A stretch of DNA of 64,000 nt from Macrostomum hystrix (Eukaryota; Animalia; Platyhelminthes): the NCBI GenBank assembly GCA_950097015.1, contig CATNEN010000007.1, positions 1,674,001 to 1,738,000 of the forward strand, in the 5' to 3' direction. Each line of letters starts with the position of its first letter. Within the stretch, counting starts at the first letter, position 1. The translations under genes and the position numbers were made by a program. The notes beneath the pieces were generated by a model that had not been told where the DNA came from, ran no database searches, and saw only the letters and a program-made list of their open reading frames with translations. Of the stretch, positions 11,301 to 24,294 are shown piece after piece.

Positions 11301-14300
11301 ATCACAGAATCCATGTAATTCCATTCGAACTGGCTCCGAATCGAGATCGGCGAAAAGGTAGCGAGGAACTTCGAAGCGTGAGCTCGACAACGACTGTAAC
11401 CAACGGTTCCAACTCTCGGCGATATCTGGCGGAAGTTCGTCGTCCCAACCCGACTTGCGAACACACAGTTTCTGTAGCATCACCTTGACAACAGTCAAAG
11501 AGGGTGACAAGATTCCTAACGGATCGTACACAGACGCAAGTACTCCTAGCATCGACCTCTTGGTTGAAGAGGATCCGTTGACGTGGGTAACTAGTTCAGA
11601 AAACTGCATGACGAATGTGTCCCTGACCGAGTCCCAGTGGAGTCTAAGCACTTTTTCTGTATGACCAACATCCTGATCGGGTAGCGAGCTGTTGAACGAA
11701 TCTGAGTTGGATTTCCACTGTCGCATATTCATGCCAGCCAGGTTGAAGATATTTTTTGCATCTTTGTAGAGATTGAATGCGTCACTTAGAGATTTACAGC
11801 TTGTCACTAAATTGTCGACGTACAAGTCTTTGCGAATAATCTCAGCGGCGAGTGGAAAATTATTCTTCTGGCTATCAATGTGTTGAAGGACCGTAGCTCT
11901 CAATACACCAGGCGAGCACGTAAGACCGAACGGCAATCTACAGAAGCGATAGTGAAAAACCTTGTCCGACTCACTCGGGTTAGTCCACAGAAATCTCAGA
12001 TAGTCTCTGTCCTCACTATCGATGGCAATCTGCAAGAAGGCTTTTTCTATGTCTCCTATGATGGCGATCGGATGTTTGCGAAATCTCATCAGAATTTCTG
12101 GGATCAGAGGTACATCAGTCGGACCAGCTTGAAGAAGATCATTGATTGAGAAGTCGCCTGTTCGAAGTCTGGCAGATCCATCAAGCACAATACGTATCTT
12201 TGTGTGCTCACTGTCTGACTTTATGACGTGGTGATGAGGCATATAATGACAAGTGTTCTTGCCAAGATCTTTCTCGGGCACCTTCTCGATTATGCCAGAA
12301 GCTTCCTGTTCCGAAATGATTCCGCTATACTTTGTCAGAGTCTCTGGATCCTTCCTCAGAGCACGAGTTGTGGACGACAGTCTACTGTACGCCATGTCGA
12401 AGTGATCATCCAACGGCACTGAGCCTTCCGGGTATTTCCATGGTAGACTGACGCTGTACCGACCGTTCTCGAGCCTTGGATTACAGATAAACGAACCCTC
12501 CGTGGAATCATCCTTTTGCTCACTGATCCCTAGTGCTTCAAGTCGCCAGAATGAAGAGAGGTCACACTTCGACGAGTCAGTTGTGACAAAGGCATCATCA
12601 GGAGTAGCGCAGCACAAAGTCTGAGCCGTACTACAATCAGCTGAATCTTCGGAAACGATAGGCTCATCCTTGGCTGACCCATCGATCGCTAGAGGACCAC
12701 AGAGAAGGAATCCTAGCTTAGAGGAAATGGCGACTGGTCCTGAGGTGCCACGAATCACGTTGTCGCCTACAATTTGGAAGTATTGATCTGAGCCTACGAG
12801 GATCGAGATTGGAGTACTGATGTCACGTGGGTCATATGGATCCGCTAGGTCTACATCACGAAGGTGTTGAAACGAATTGACGATAACTGAAGTCTGAGGC
12901 TGACAGATCTGCTTTACGACATTAGCTTCCAGTCTGATGATCTCCATGGAGTCAACCTTGCGAATGTGGAATTTCACCCTTGAAGAGTTCACCGTCGTAG
13001 CGATTCCAGAAAAGGCAGAGACTTTCAAACTTTCCTCAGCAAACCGCTCAAACTGGAGCAAGTCGCATACGTCTTCTCGAATATACGACCGATTGCTTGT
13101 GGTATCCAGCAGAACCCTCACCAGCAGTTCTCGACGTCCGTCAGGAGCAATCAGAATTGCCTTTGCAACTGGAAGAGCGACAGCGGGGTTACGATTGATG
13201 AACATGGAGAGAGCAAAGTTTCCTTCCGTTGAAACCACAGATTCAGGTTCACTCTGTGCCGCGTTCGTACTCCCAGTCTGCACCTGCCGAATGACGTCCT
13301 TCTTCGCATTGGCAAAGGTCTTGTTCTGGACCGCGCCACTCTTGACTGTCGAATCGATACTCTTTGCTTTCATTTTGAAACCCGACCCCTGTCCATCTGA
13401 CAGGCCACAATTGCAGATGCTGACATGGTGAGCGCCTGAACAGTTTCTGCATCGCCGGGAATCATGACACGTCCTTGATGAATGACCTGACCTGAGGCAC
13501 CGAAAGCAACGCTGCTCCTTCTTCAGAAATTCGATTCGAGCATCCACCGAGACCAACTTCGAACACTTCTCAGATGTATGGTCCGAGCCACAGTACGTAC
13601 AAAAGATCTTCATGACAGCTTGTCGATCATTTCGTGACTGCACGGTTAACGTTGCAAGCGAAGACTTAGGTTGAAGGCAATGTCGACTGGCTTCTGAGTT
13701 GCTCGATTTCTTACCGCCCACTGCTGCGTTCTCTCGAACTTGAATTTCCGTCTGTAGAAACTCCAGCAGAACAGCCATGTTGTTGATTTCTTTCTTCGAC
13801 AGGCTCGCGCACTTCATTAGGTCGAGACGAAATTCATTTGGACACTTACGAAGCAGATTAGGCAACAGCAATGCCTCATAAGCCGACGACATTACTCCCT
13901 GAACTTCCAAGCTTCGAACGGCAGCAGCTATGTCATCGTGAAACGAACGTAAGCCTGCTAATGACACATCTGATAGGTGAATATCTGACAGTTGGTTCAT
14001 TAGACTTCGAATTACCAGATCTGATTTACCAAAGCGTTGATGTAGAAGATCGATAGCTACCTTGTAATTAGCTGAAGTAACACTCAGTCCACGAATGCAG
14101 GACTTGGCTGATTCAGAGAGCGAATCCAAGAGGTAATTAAACTTGTCGATGTCCGATAGCTGATTATTCGAATCGATTGACGAGGAGAACTGATCCCAAT
14201 ACGTTTGCCATGACGTCACCGTGCCGTCAAATGTAGGGATATGACGTTTCGGCAGTTTGACCTGAGGTCCAGATGTTACAGACTTAGTCGCATTTGATAA

Positions 14301-14645
14301 TGATTTCTCTAACAATCTGACGTACTTCCGACACCTGAATGCATACTCATCAGCTTCTTCTTGTTCACGACTCAGCTTTTCCTCTTCCATCTGACTCTGA
14401 ATGTCCAGGTCCAATTCCTCCATCAATCCCAGTTTCTGCTTCAGAGTATCAATGCATGCTTCAGCTTCAGCGTTTATTTTGTCATCACGTCCACTTCCAG
14501 CTGACAGCCACTTCTCTGCTCGATTTATGGTCTTTGTCACAACGGACCGAATGGCCGCTCTCTTTCTGATGGCTTCATCCATTGACCACCTTGGCGACAC
14601 AATCAGAGCAAGTACAAACAAGTCGCGTAACCAAAATTCGCTACA
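8333..14645 (-). mobile_element. BEL/Pao LTR retrotransposon inserted into Gypsy gag
   Basis: TG...CA ends with 5-bp TSD CACGC (8328-8332 and 14646-14650). Full 3' LTR at 8333-8718 next to PPT GGGGGAG (minus strand). The 5' LTR is reduced to about 50 bp (14596-14645). Confidence 0.93.
9260..14582 (-). pseudogene. BEL/Pao gag-pol polyprotein with two frameshifts
   Basis: Likely ATG at 14582 (MDEAIRKR). DUF1759-like LPKRHIPTFDG..W..YWDQF, three CCHC knuckles, protease LLDTTS, RT YVDN, RNase H FCDAS/ELLG/WTDS. Frameshift near 10960 (NP|ADLPSRG), integrase HHCC, frameshift near 10170, then integrase core DYCGP..SDNAKTF..PWWGGFWERLV. Confidence 0.92.
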
Positions 14646-14650
14646 CACGC

Positions 14651-15424
14651 CTTGGAATCGTTGTATCGAAGGATTCAAGATCTACCTGGAGGCCTTGGAC
14701 CTTAACGAAGCATCGGACGCACGCAAGAAGGCGGTTCTCATCCATCTGCTTGGCGAGGAGGGCCAGCGAATCTAGATTCCGTTGAGGAATCTGCCAACGG
14801 CTAACGTCGACACCTTCGACAAGCTGGTGAAAGAGCTGAAGACGATCTTCGGCCAGTCGCATAGCACCATCAGCAACCGCTACAGATTCAAATCACGCGC
14901 CCAGATGCCTGGCGAGCCGATCAGCCGGTTCGTTGACGCCCTTCGCGAACTCGCAGCAGACTGCGAATACGGCGCTCTTCAAGACCAGATGATCAATGAC
15001 CAGATCATCGAAGACCCATTCGCCGCGCATCAGAGAGCGACTGCTCATGGAGAAGGTGCTCGAGCTGGAGACAGCCACAGCCCTAGCGATTCAAGTTGAA
15101 TCCGCCATCAACGACGCCAAGAACCTGCGCGACGGCAAGAACGACAAGGAGTTAGAGTTCCGCATCCAGAAGATCAGCCAGCGTCCGCCACGCAAGGGAC
15201 CCAAGCATGCGATGCCGCAGAAATCTAGCTCGGACGCGCGATGCGGCAACTGCGGAATGGCTGGGCACGCCGCCCGCGCCCTTGAGTGTCCAGCGAAGGA
15301 CAAGTCCTGCCTGCACTGCCACCGGGTCGGCCATTTTAAGTCATGTTGCCGACAGCGACGTAAGGTCCGCACCGTCAAGGATGACGACGATGACAATGAG
15401 CCATTCGAGGTGTCTGCAGTTTAG
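14651..15424 (+). pseudogene. Gypsy gag (3' part; N-terminal 22 codons at 8266-8332)
   Basis: Rejoining across the TSD gives MATSLSISEPRVFLAHPGQPHT-PWNRCIEGFKIYLEAL. There is a stop near 14773, a frameshift near 15015, and zinc knuckles CGNCGMAGH and CLHCHRVGHFKSCC. Confidence 0.88.
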
Positions 15425-15439
15425 GGTGACGCATCTCTT

Positions 15440-17183
15440 TTAAGCTTTGTAGACTGCAGCATCGCCGATATCGACGTCAAACTCTTGTTGGACACTGGCT
15501 CAAGGGTCAACATCATCAACGAGAAGACCGTAAAGCGACTTCCGAAGCAACTTGTCATCACGCCGACCCACAAGCAGCTGTTCTCCTACACCGGATCAGC
15601 AATCGAGGTTCTGGGGACGACCGAGCTGCGCGTCGCGCACCATGGCAAGTCTGCAGTCTGCCGATTCTTCATCACTCAAAGAGGTGCCAACATCCTTGGT
15701 ATCGACGGCATCGAAAAGCTGGGTTTCTAGATCCGAGTCAACACGATCAGCAGCGTCGAAGACATCGCAGAGGAGTTCCCACGCATCTTCAACGGCATCG
15801 GCATGGCCAAGAAGTTCTGCCACAGGCCGCTGCTGCGCCAGGATGCGACGCCAACGGTCGAGCCGCTGCGCCGGGTGCCACTTGCGCTGCAGGACCGCGT
15901 GAAGGACGAACTGAACAAGATGGAGGCCGCAGGTAGAGAAGATCGACGCATCTCCTTGGGTGTCGAACTTGGTCGTCTCCAAGAAGAAGAACGGCGACCT
16001 GCGACTCTGCGTCGACCTGCGAAACTGCAACCAGGCCATCAACCCAGACAAGTTCCCCGTGCCAACGCAGGAGGAGCTGGCCGCCGAGTTCGCGGGCGCC
16101 CAGGTGTTCACCAAGCTGGACCTGAAGCAGAGCTACCTTCAAATCCCGCTGCACCCAGGCAGCAGGCAGCTGACTGCGTTCATCACTCACTGTGGTCTCT
16201 ACCAGTTCACGAGAGTCCCACTCGGCATGTCCAGTTCCGGCGCCTGCTTCCAGAAAATCCTGTCAACGATCCTGGCCGACATCAAGGGTGTCCGACACTC
16301 GGTGGACGACATCGTCATTCACGGCGTCAACTCCGATGAGCACAACGAGCGACTCCTAGCGGTACTCCAACGACTGAGCGACAACGGGTTGACGTTGAAC
16401 AGGGAGAAGTGTCAGATCGGCGTCCCGGAGATCATCTTCCTGGGCTGCAGGATCTCTGCCGACGGAGTTCGACCGTCCAAATCCAATGTCGAGGACGTGC
16501 TCAGCATCCCGGCACCGACAACAGCACGAGCCGTTTCTTCATTCCTGGCAACCGTCAACTACTTAGCTAAGTTCATCCCCGACTTCGAAAAGACTGCGAG
16601 GCCGCTGCGAGAGCTGCTCGAGAAAGACGCCGTTTTCCGCTGGACGGCGAATGCGACCACGGGCCTGACGCCTGCCGAGCTGATGATCAACCGGCCGCTC
16701 CGAGAGCCACTCAACCAGTGGAGCCAAGGCATCCGCCAGCCGACATCGAAAGCGACATCAGCGGAGGCCACAGAGCGGCGAGTCCAAGCCAACAAGGAGA
16801 AGGCCAGGCTAGCCACCGATCGTCGTCGAGGCGCCCGACTTTCACGACTGCAGGCTGGCGACACCGTGCGCGTTCGCCGGCCACAGACTGCTCACAAGCT
16901 GGCGACATGGCTGGGCGACGTTCGGCAAATCATTCGGTGGCTGGGCCCCGAGTCCTGGCTGCTCGACGACGTCTCGCGATGGCACTCCGATAACCTGGTC
17001 AGCGTCCCCAGTGCACCAGCGGCGGACAATGGTGCGGCCGACGTTGGACTCGGCGCACTGATGGCGCCGATACCATTGCCAGAGCCACCGGTGAGGCTGC
17101 CGGCGGGCAACGAGACGCCGCTGCCACAGCCCAGGCGGGGCAGCCGGATCCGGGGACCACCTAATCGGTTCAGCCCGAGTTGA
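15440..17183 (+). pseudogene. Gypsy pol (protease, RT, truncated integrase tail)
   Basis: Protease LLDTGS (15485); RT motifs LRLCVDLR, FTKLDLKQSYLQ and SVDD (variant of YxDD), FLG. RT end VFRWT is joined directly to the integrase C-terminal TTGLTPAELM, so RNase H and the integrase core are absent. Confidence 0.9.
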
Positions 17184-17281
17184 TATGCAGTTTGCTTGGA
17201 ATGAACTGTTGAACTTTGCGCACCAATGGACTGTTGTTTTCCCCCATGCGTTAATCCCCTTTTCCTTTTCGAAGGGGGTGA

Positions 17282-17509
17282 TGTTGTGTATGCGGCTTGC
17301 ATGCCGCCTTAGAGTGCGCGTGGCGCGTTTTGATTGGCTGGGGGGTCGGTCCATCCGAACCGGTCTAGGCCGGGACGGGGGTTGTTGTTTACTCTGACTG
17401 GCTAAAATATATATTAGTGCGCACAGGCCTTTGGAGGGCTCGCGTTGTTTTCCAACCTTCTAACCCAGTGCTTCGTTCTTCATTTGGCCACGCTGCCTCA
17501 CACACAACA
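17282..17509 (+). repeat. Gypsy 3' LTR
   Basis: Matches 8039-8266 and is followed by TSD GGGAT. Confidence 0.95.
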
Positions 17510-19639
17510 GGGATATAGACAGTGGCCGCAGGAAACAGTGAGACAGTGAAACAATAAGTTTTAGACTTTTCACATGACTTAATTATTACTCTACGGAGCA
17601 AAATAACATGCCTGCAGGTGAAGGCGGCGTCATTGCTGCTGCAGATGAAGGCGGCGCAATCAGCTGGGTGCAAGCTGAACATGTCCATTGAAAACCTGCG
17701 AAGCCTGAGAAGGAAAGGCTGCGGTACCCCTTTTGTGAAATGTCACTATCATCACATCTATATCATCATCGCCGTCATACAGTGGTCCTTGAGTAGAATG
17801 TGAATTAATACGACGTAGGAAGCAAAAGTAACTTTCAGCACTCTAAGACGAATTGTACCAGCTAGGTACATATATGTATATTGCGATGGTTCCACCCCCT
17901 GATTTTGGATTTACAGCTGCCCTTTCACATGGCAAGAGCAAAAGGTCCAGTGCAAAGAAGCATTTACTATTGTGTATAATGCTTGCTAATCATGATTGCA
18001 TAATTGCTGTGCAGTTGATTGTGGCAAATGCGCTGTTATTTAGATAATAGTATGTGTATTGCAGCCTTGCATGATAATACGCACAGCTGTTAGGCAAGCT
18101 GTATCATATAATGTGCACCAGAAGCGCAAAACTGCGGGTGCATTGTTGAGACGTAAGAATGACTCATGAGAGTTATATAATGCTCACACATATTAATTGA
18201 ATGCCTTTTGCATGCTGCAATTTTTGGGAAGGCAATCTTGGGAAGGCTAGTATAGCTAGCTATATAGCTGTGACTTAGGTATTTATTATACTGGGTCCCC
18301 AACGAATAGGCAATGTCGAAAGTAATGATCCGAAGTCTTTTAAATTTACCGAGGACCCATCATTAATGTGCAGTAATACTAACGACATAATATACGTACA
18401 GTGTAGGAATCGAAAGAGGTCCTAGCTTTGGTATTTACTCCTTCAATATAAGTTTTTAATTGTAGTATAGCTAATAATATCGCGCAAAATGTACATTTAG
18501 CGCTCTATTCACAATCCCAGCTAGTGGCCATGGTCATGTGCATTTTCCGCAAACGAAAAAATATTCAGCCTAATTTACTTTCTCGAGGCACGGTGACTAT
18601 AACCCCATTCGCTTAAAGAAGCCGTTAAAGAAGCAGTCATATAGATATTTTTCAGCTTTCCTACGTTAATATATAGTTGCCTAAAATAGCTTGCTATTTT
18701 ACTTCGTGGTATTTTTATAGCGGTCTTACTCAATTAAAGAGCAGTGTGCCAACAGTGGATCCATAATGAAATTATTTCACAATTTAAGTAACAACGATGC
18801 GAGTTGTAGTAGCGCTTTTATGTAATTATCTAAGAAAGCAATTTGGAGAAGCAAAAATCAAGAAACTTTGATTCACTTAGTGAAGAGACTTTGTTTTATT
18901 GCACAATCGAAAAGGGAACTTACATTTAAATTTTAAAACACAAAAAACTAATAACTATTTGAACTAAACTAAACTAAAGTCTTAACTCACTGACACTTCG
19001 AGTTTTGACCGTACTTTATTTGTTTTCAGTTGTCACTTGTCATTAGCATGATTATAAACAGAAAAAATACCAACAAACAGGATTTTCATAGCTAATTTGA
19101 CTGCAAGAAGAATACTTACGACTGTATGACAATAAGAAAACAACAACAAGCAAAACATTCCTAATAATCAAGTTAATTGTAGCTTTTTGTAGTAAAAATG
19201 TCAAAACAGACATTACTAGCTGTACTTGTCTATAAATAGTATACTAATCTAGTTTGATTTTTGGCAAACTATATTTTAGGCTAACAAAACAAATCTAGTT
19301 AGGCCTAGTTTTTTGTGTTTAGGCCTTATTTCTGTAGCCTACAATTGTCTCCATTTGTGCTCACTGTTAGCTAGGGTTTGGTTATATTATATCTCTGGCA
19401 TATGTTAGGCTAGTCCAGTAAAACTGTCCATTCACATTTTTAGGCACTTTTCTAAGGCTCTTTCCATAATAGTTATTATGTTTCTTTTTAAATCTAAGAA
19501 GTAATATTTAAGATAGGCCTAGAAAAGACTTAGGGCCTAGTACTATAATATAATATATTAAGTAAAGTAAGCTGAAGTCAAAATATGTTATTAGTTATAG
19601 TAAAAGCATTGGCCTTTGGCCTACATATATTATTAGATG

Positions 19640-19715
19640 GTGTCAAAAACAGTGATTAGGTACAGGATGGCCCCAAAGCTATTCTCTGGGTAAGGGCCAT
19701 AGTGCAGACGATATT
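19640..19715 (-). pseudogene. Second Merlin-like transposase remnant
   Basis: The minus strand reads YGPYPENSFGAILYLI, similar to LYPKNSFGALLYWI at about 6350-6400. Confidence 0.35.
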
Positions 19716-21365
19716 TGGTGTATGATAGAATGTAAATTTAAAATTTCGCCTAATTTACAACAATACAACAATAGACTGAGTTTGAGGATTCAGTTGTGCA
19801 ACTGTACAACAGTAACCAAATTTATCTTGGACATTTTGTACATGTATGATGGTTTTCCTATGCAAATTTGAATACAAAGAAGTCAAACAATATATATAAG
19901 GTAAGTCTTCAAACCAGAACCTAAAATGGCAGAAATTTAGCAGATTAATTTATTCTCCTTTTTATAATTTCAATAGTTCAGCACACATCACATATTTTAA
20001 TGTAGTGAACATTTTTTTTCTTTTAGTGTCCAGTTCAATGACTAGCGAACTAGTAACATTGTCACGGACAAGAAAAAGTGTATGATGGCCAACAGGGCGC
20101 AACAACTCCAAGGGCAGTCTGTACAACAGGTGTACAACAATGTGCCCTATTGCCCAAAATTTGTATGACAGGCAAGACCTTGTACAAGGGAAATTTTCAT
20201 CATACCATACATGGTCTGCAGTGTGGGGTAAAGGCAATCGCATGCCATGCAGAGGTACTCCTGAATATCACTCTCAAACAATAGCAAATAATAAAAATAA
20301 AAAAAATTTTCTGTTTCAAAGATGATACCATAATACTTTGTAGTACCCTGCACCCTATCTTGTAATCTTACAACTTTATATTTAAAGAATCAAAACCAGT
20401 ACAAATAATTGCACAAGGAAATAAAAAAATTGCCATATTTTTGTGTGGCTATAGTGTTAGGAATTAGCAAGTAATGTCATAACAGTGACCTGCGGCTTGC
20501 TTCCTACCCTATAGGAAAAAATACATTTTTGAGGACATGCCCTGCATGTTTTGGAGGTTCTGGTTGGCGTGACATGCAATTGGGCAGCATGGCACCCCAA
20601 TTTTTGTTTCTTCCTATAGGGTTGCACAATTCAAAGCTCTTGTTAGCCTAGTGTGGCCCTCATTTGAGTCAATATTTTATAGTTCCCTGGTGCATGTCCA
20701 TGAACTTTGTGCAAGAATTCCAATTGTGGTTTCTTGTGTTTCAAGTTTGGCCCTTTAGGTAGTTTTCAAATCTAGTTAAATTAATATTTGACCTGTGCAT
20801 TATAAAGTCATGCAAAGTTCCAAACCATGAAGTGGAACATGCCAAAATTTGTAACTCCAATGGAACAAAAGAGATGTAAGTCACATGTCTAAAAATTAGC
20901 TGAACAAAATTTTATAACTAATTCTTGTTAAAAATATTTTTTAATGTATGTAAAATGAGATATAACTTTAAGCCACTTAAGTTAGCTAATTTATTTTAAT
21001 TATTACATTGAACTATTTTTTGTTTTCCCTTGTCTGTAAAAACCTCCAGTAGTAACTGAATATCTTGATACAAAATGCTTTTTTGTTTATTAATATAATT
21101 ATATGCATGTTTTCAGGCTTACAGCCTTAAATTATCTTCTGTGCTTATCCTGAACATTAATCATAAAGCTCGATATGTAAAAAAATTATTTGCTTACCAT
21201 TCACCAATAACTAATAAGGTCCCATCAGTTGTTCACTTTCACTTTTAAGAATTACAGCTTGTAGAAAGCACAGTGTCTACCAGAAAACTGTCATTGTATA
21301 AACAGCAAGCCTGAACTGGGAAACAGCAACAAAAAAGCAAAATTTGTGAAGTCATCGGAATTAGA

Positions 21366-23318
21366 ATGACTGACGAATTGAAGCGTGGCCAAGACCTGAT
21401 GGAGCAGGCTAGGAAGAAACGTGGCAGCAGTGGTGGCAGCAGCTTTTTTGGTATTTTTAGCAAATCTAGTAAAGATGATGAGGCTGCCGAGTTGTTCGTG
21501 AAAGCGGCCAATCTGTTTAAGATGGGCAAGTACTGGAATGAGGCTGGCAGTGCTTTCAATGAAGCCTCCGAGGCTCACAGTAGTAAGAGCAGCCGGCACG
21601 ATGCCGCCTCAGCCCTAGTTGACGCCGCGAATTGTTATCGCAAGGTTGACGGCAAAAAGGCTATCGAATGCCTTGACAAAGCTATTAATATCTACACTGA
21701 TATGGGCCGGTTCACCATTGCCGCCAAGCATCACATGAGCATTGCTGAAATCTACGAATCTGATGTTAACGACCCCAAATTGGCTTCTCAGCACTATCAG
21801 AAGGCTGCCGACTTCTATAGGGGCGAGGAGAGCAATGCCAGCGCTTCCAAGTGCGAAGCTAAAGTGGCCCATCTGAGTGCCGACGCTGGAGATTACATCA
21901 ATGCGGCCAAGGTGTTTGAAGAGCTCGGCAAGTCCGCCATGGAGAATAGTCTGCTAAAGTATGGCGCCAAGGATCATTTCTTCCGGTGAGTTGCATCGTC
22001 TTTACACGACCTTCAAGTGCTTTTTATCTAGTATCAACTTTTCTATTTCGTTTGGTGTTCGTCTGTCCAGAGACTACATTTTTGTCTGCCTCTCTTTGAA
22101 AGGGCGGATAGCTCAGTCAGTAAGGTGTCGGACTCTGGATCAGATGGTCCTGGGTTCGACTCCCGACCTAGTCTAGAACTATTCGTGCAGCCTTTGGCAA
22201 GCTGCTTTGCCCTGATGTGCACACAGTCTACTCAGCTGCAAATGAGTACCGACATTTCGTCGGGTAATAATAATTCCGGCTGGCGTGGAATAAAGCAGTT
22301 CTGTGCGGCAATTCTGTGGGGTGTGGATGCTGCCGATATGTTTGGAAAAATAAATTCCATTGCTGACACGCGGCTGTCAACCGGTGTCCGAGAGAGCCGG
22401 GGAGTACAATAGGTGTGCAGTCCCCACCTGCTAGTGTGCCTGACACACAACACCTGCACTGGCCCTTGGGTCTAGTGTCAATTATTATTATTATTATTAT
22501 TCTCTTTGAAAGCAAGAATGTTGTAGCGCAGTTTCAGATTCAGACCAGGAATAACATATTTTGTCATTGAGCACTGATTAGAAAATGCACTTTTATAACT
22601 TGATACAAATTAACAGCAGCATTATTTATCATATAGTAATAGAAATATGATTTATTGAATTCGGGTGGGTGTTGCTGCCCAACCCTTCTCCCGAGTCCAT
22701 GGACTAAACAGATGTGGCGAGTTGCAGAGCGGTTAACGCGTTACATTCCCTTGAATTGTAATTGTAAGGGCCTAAACACTTTGTGTCAGGGCAGATGTAC
22801 ACACCTGTGTGAGCGTGTGCTCAGGAGTCAGCGAAATGGGCAGAATTGCCTCCTCGCTGGCTGCGGGTCTAGTGTCACCAAATGATGCGCCATTGCCCGC
22901 AGCCCTCCTGAAATTATTAAGCTTATTTATTATTATTGGATGCACAGCACAGTACATTCGGCTGTGCCTGTCTGTCTGTCCACCTACCTGTGTGTCTACA
23001 TGGTAACTTATTACTCGTAAATAAGGATCCTTCCACTTTTCCTGCAGCGCTTGCCTCTGCCACATCAACATCGACGTGCTGAACTGTCAGCAAGCCCTGG
23101 AGAAGTACGCCGAAATGCACCCGGCCTTCACTGACAGTCGCGAGTACAAGCTGCTGGTCCGCCTAGTTGAAACTGCCAACCCGGAGGAGCCCAACGTTGA
23201 CGAGTTTACCAAGGCCATCGCCGAATACGACAGCATCTCTCGCCTGGATCCTTGGGCTACGCGTCGCCTCAACACTGTGAAGAAGGCGCTGAAGGCTGAC
23301 GAGCCCGAGCTCACCTAA
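21366..23318 (+). CDS. NAPA: Alpha-soluble NSF attachment protein (alpha-SNAP)
   Basis: Exons 21366-21985 and 23048-23318 (phase-2 GT-AG intron) give 296 aa. Motifs AAELFVKAANLFKMGKYW, YTDMGRFTIAAKHH, KYGAKDHFFRACLCH, DSREYKL, YDSISRLD. Confidence 0.96.
22103..22500 (+). mobile_element. Full-length tRNA-derived SINE in NAPA intron
   Basis: A-box TAGCTCAGTCAG, B-box GGTTCGACTCC, (ATT)n tail, and 12-bp TSD TCTCTTTGAAAG (22091-22102 and 22501-22512). Confidence 0.88.
22705..22935 (+). mobile_element. SINE family 2 copy (internally rearranged)
   Basis: Shares the GTCAGGGCAGATGTACAC..GGAGTCAGCGAAATGGGCAGAATTGCC..GTGTCACCAAATGATGCGCC body with the copies at 41.8, 42.7 and 63.5 kb; A-box-like GCAGAGCGGTTAA. 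Confidence 0.75.
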
Positions 23319-24294
23319 ATCTGCCGCCGCTATTAGAATCAACTACAAATGAGATTGGACACTGGGGTGTTGATGATTTATTGTTGGTCCAGCAAGTCAC
23401 ATCTTGCTAAGTTTTTGTTAAGTCTGTCAGCGTGTTCTCTGTATCTGCTTAAACACATTCTCTCTATTATTCCGAAAATTGCACCGTCATAAACAAATAT
23501 ATTTCTTTTAAAATTTGTTATTGTTGATGTTGTCGCCATATTATGATTTATCCAGATAATCTATAAATAAACACACTTTAATTTTTACTCCTTTGTTTTC
23601 CACGTGGTAGTCATGGTTTTAAAGTTATGAAGTTGTGAATCTTAGTTTATTATATTTTAAAATTGTCGTTGGTAGGTATGTGTTGATAAATTATGTAAAT
23701 GAGCAGTGTCAATGAATACTTGATTATCCAGGCACTAAATACTATTATAATAATTCGTAATTAGGACCGCCACTGTGTTGTAAAATTTACTTTGTCTCCA
23801 TACTCGCATAATAGAATATTATATTCCCAGCTCTACTATCTCCAGTAGTGTTATAGATATGTATTCAACTTCTGTTGTCCATAGATAAATAGTTTTGACA
23901 GTCTTACTATTACTAGAGTAATTCCCATCCTCAGATTATTCATCTTCGTAACTGAAAAGAAACCATTAACCTATCGATTTTTCCCAGTCCGCCGTTCTTT
24001 ACAATCAATTATTTGCCTACGTTTTAGTTTTTCATTTAATTCTACTAGCTTTTCTTTTTTTAATAAAAACAACAGACAACCCTAAAGTTTATGGCCCAGC
24101 TTTTTATACTTTTTATTTGTTTCCATTTATTTCTGAGTCGCTTAAATAAAAATTGAACACATAAATATGGACTTCGTTTCGCCACCGACGTTTCCTCAAT
24201 GCTTTTCCTCCACTATTGCTACATCTCAATTACTATATAAGAGTTTGTTGTTAAGCTTTGTTAAATTTTTACAAGTTTAGCACTTTCACTCAGT

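Larger units (their letters stand above)
8039..17509 (+). mobile_element. Gypsy/Ty3 (Mag-like) LTR retrotransposon, defective, with a nested BEL insertion
   Basis: 228-bp LTRs at 8039-8266 and 17282-17509 (TG...CA), 5-bp TSD GGGAT (8034-8038 and 17510-17514), PBS TGGCGACGAG at 8267, PPT GAAGGGGGTGA before the 3' LTR, and gag, protease and RT remnants. Confidence 0.95.

Noticed and set aside
22103-22175. Possible tRNA gene
   Set aside because: A and B boxes are present but the cloverleaf is incomplete; a body, (ATT)n tail and TSD identify it as a SINE.
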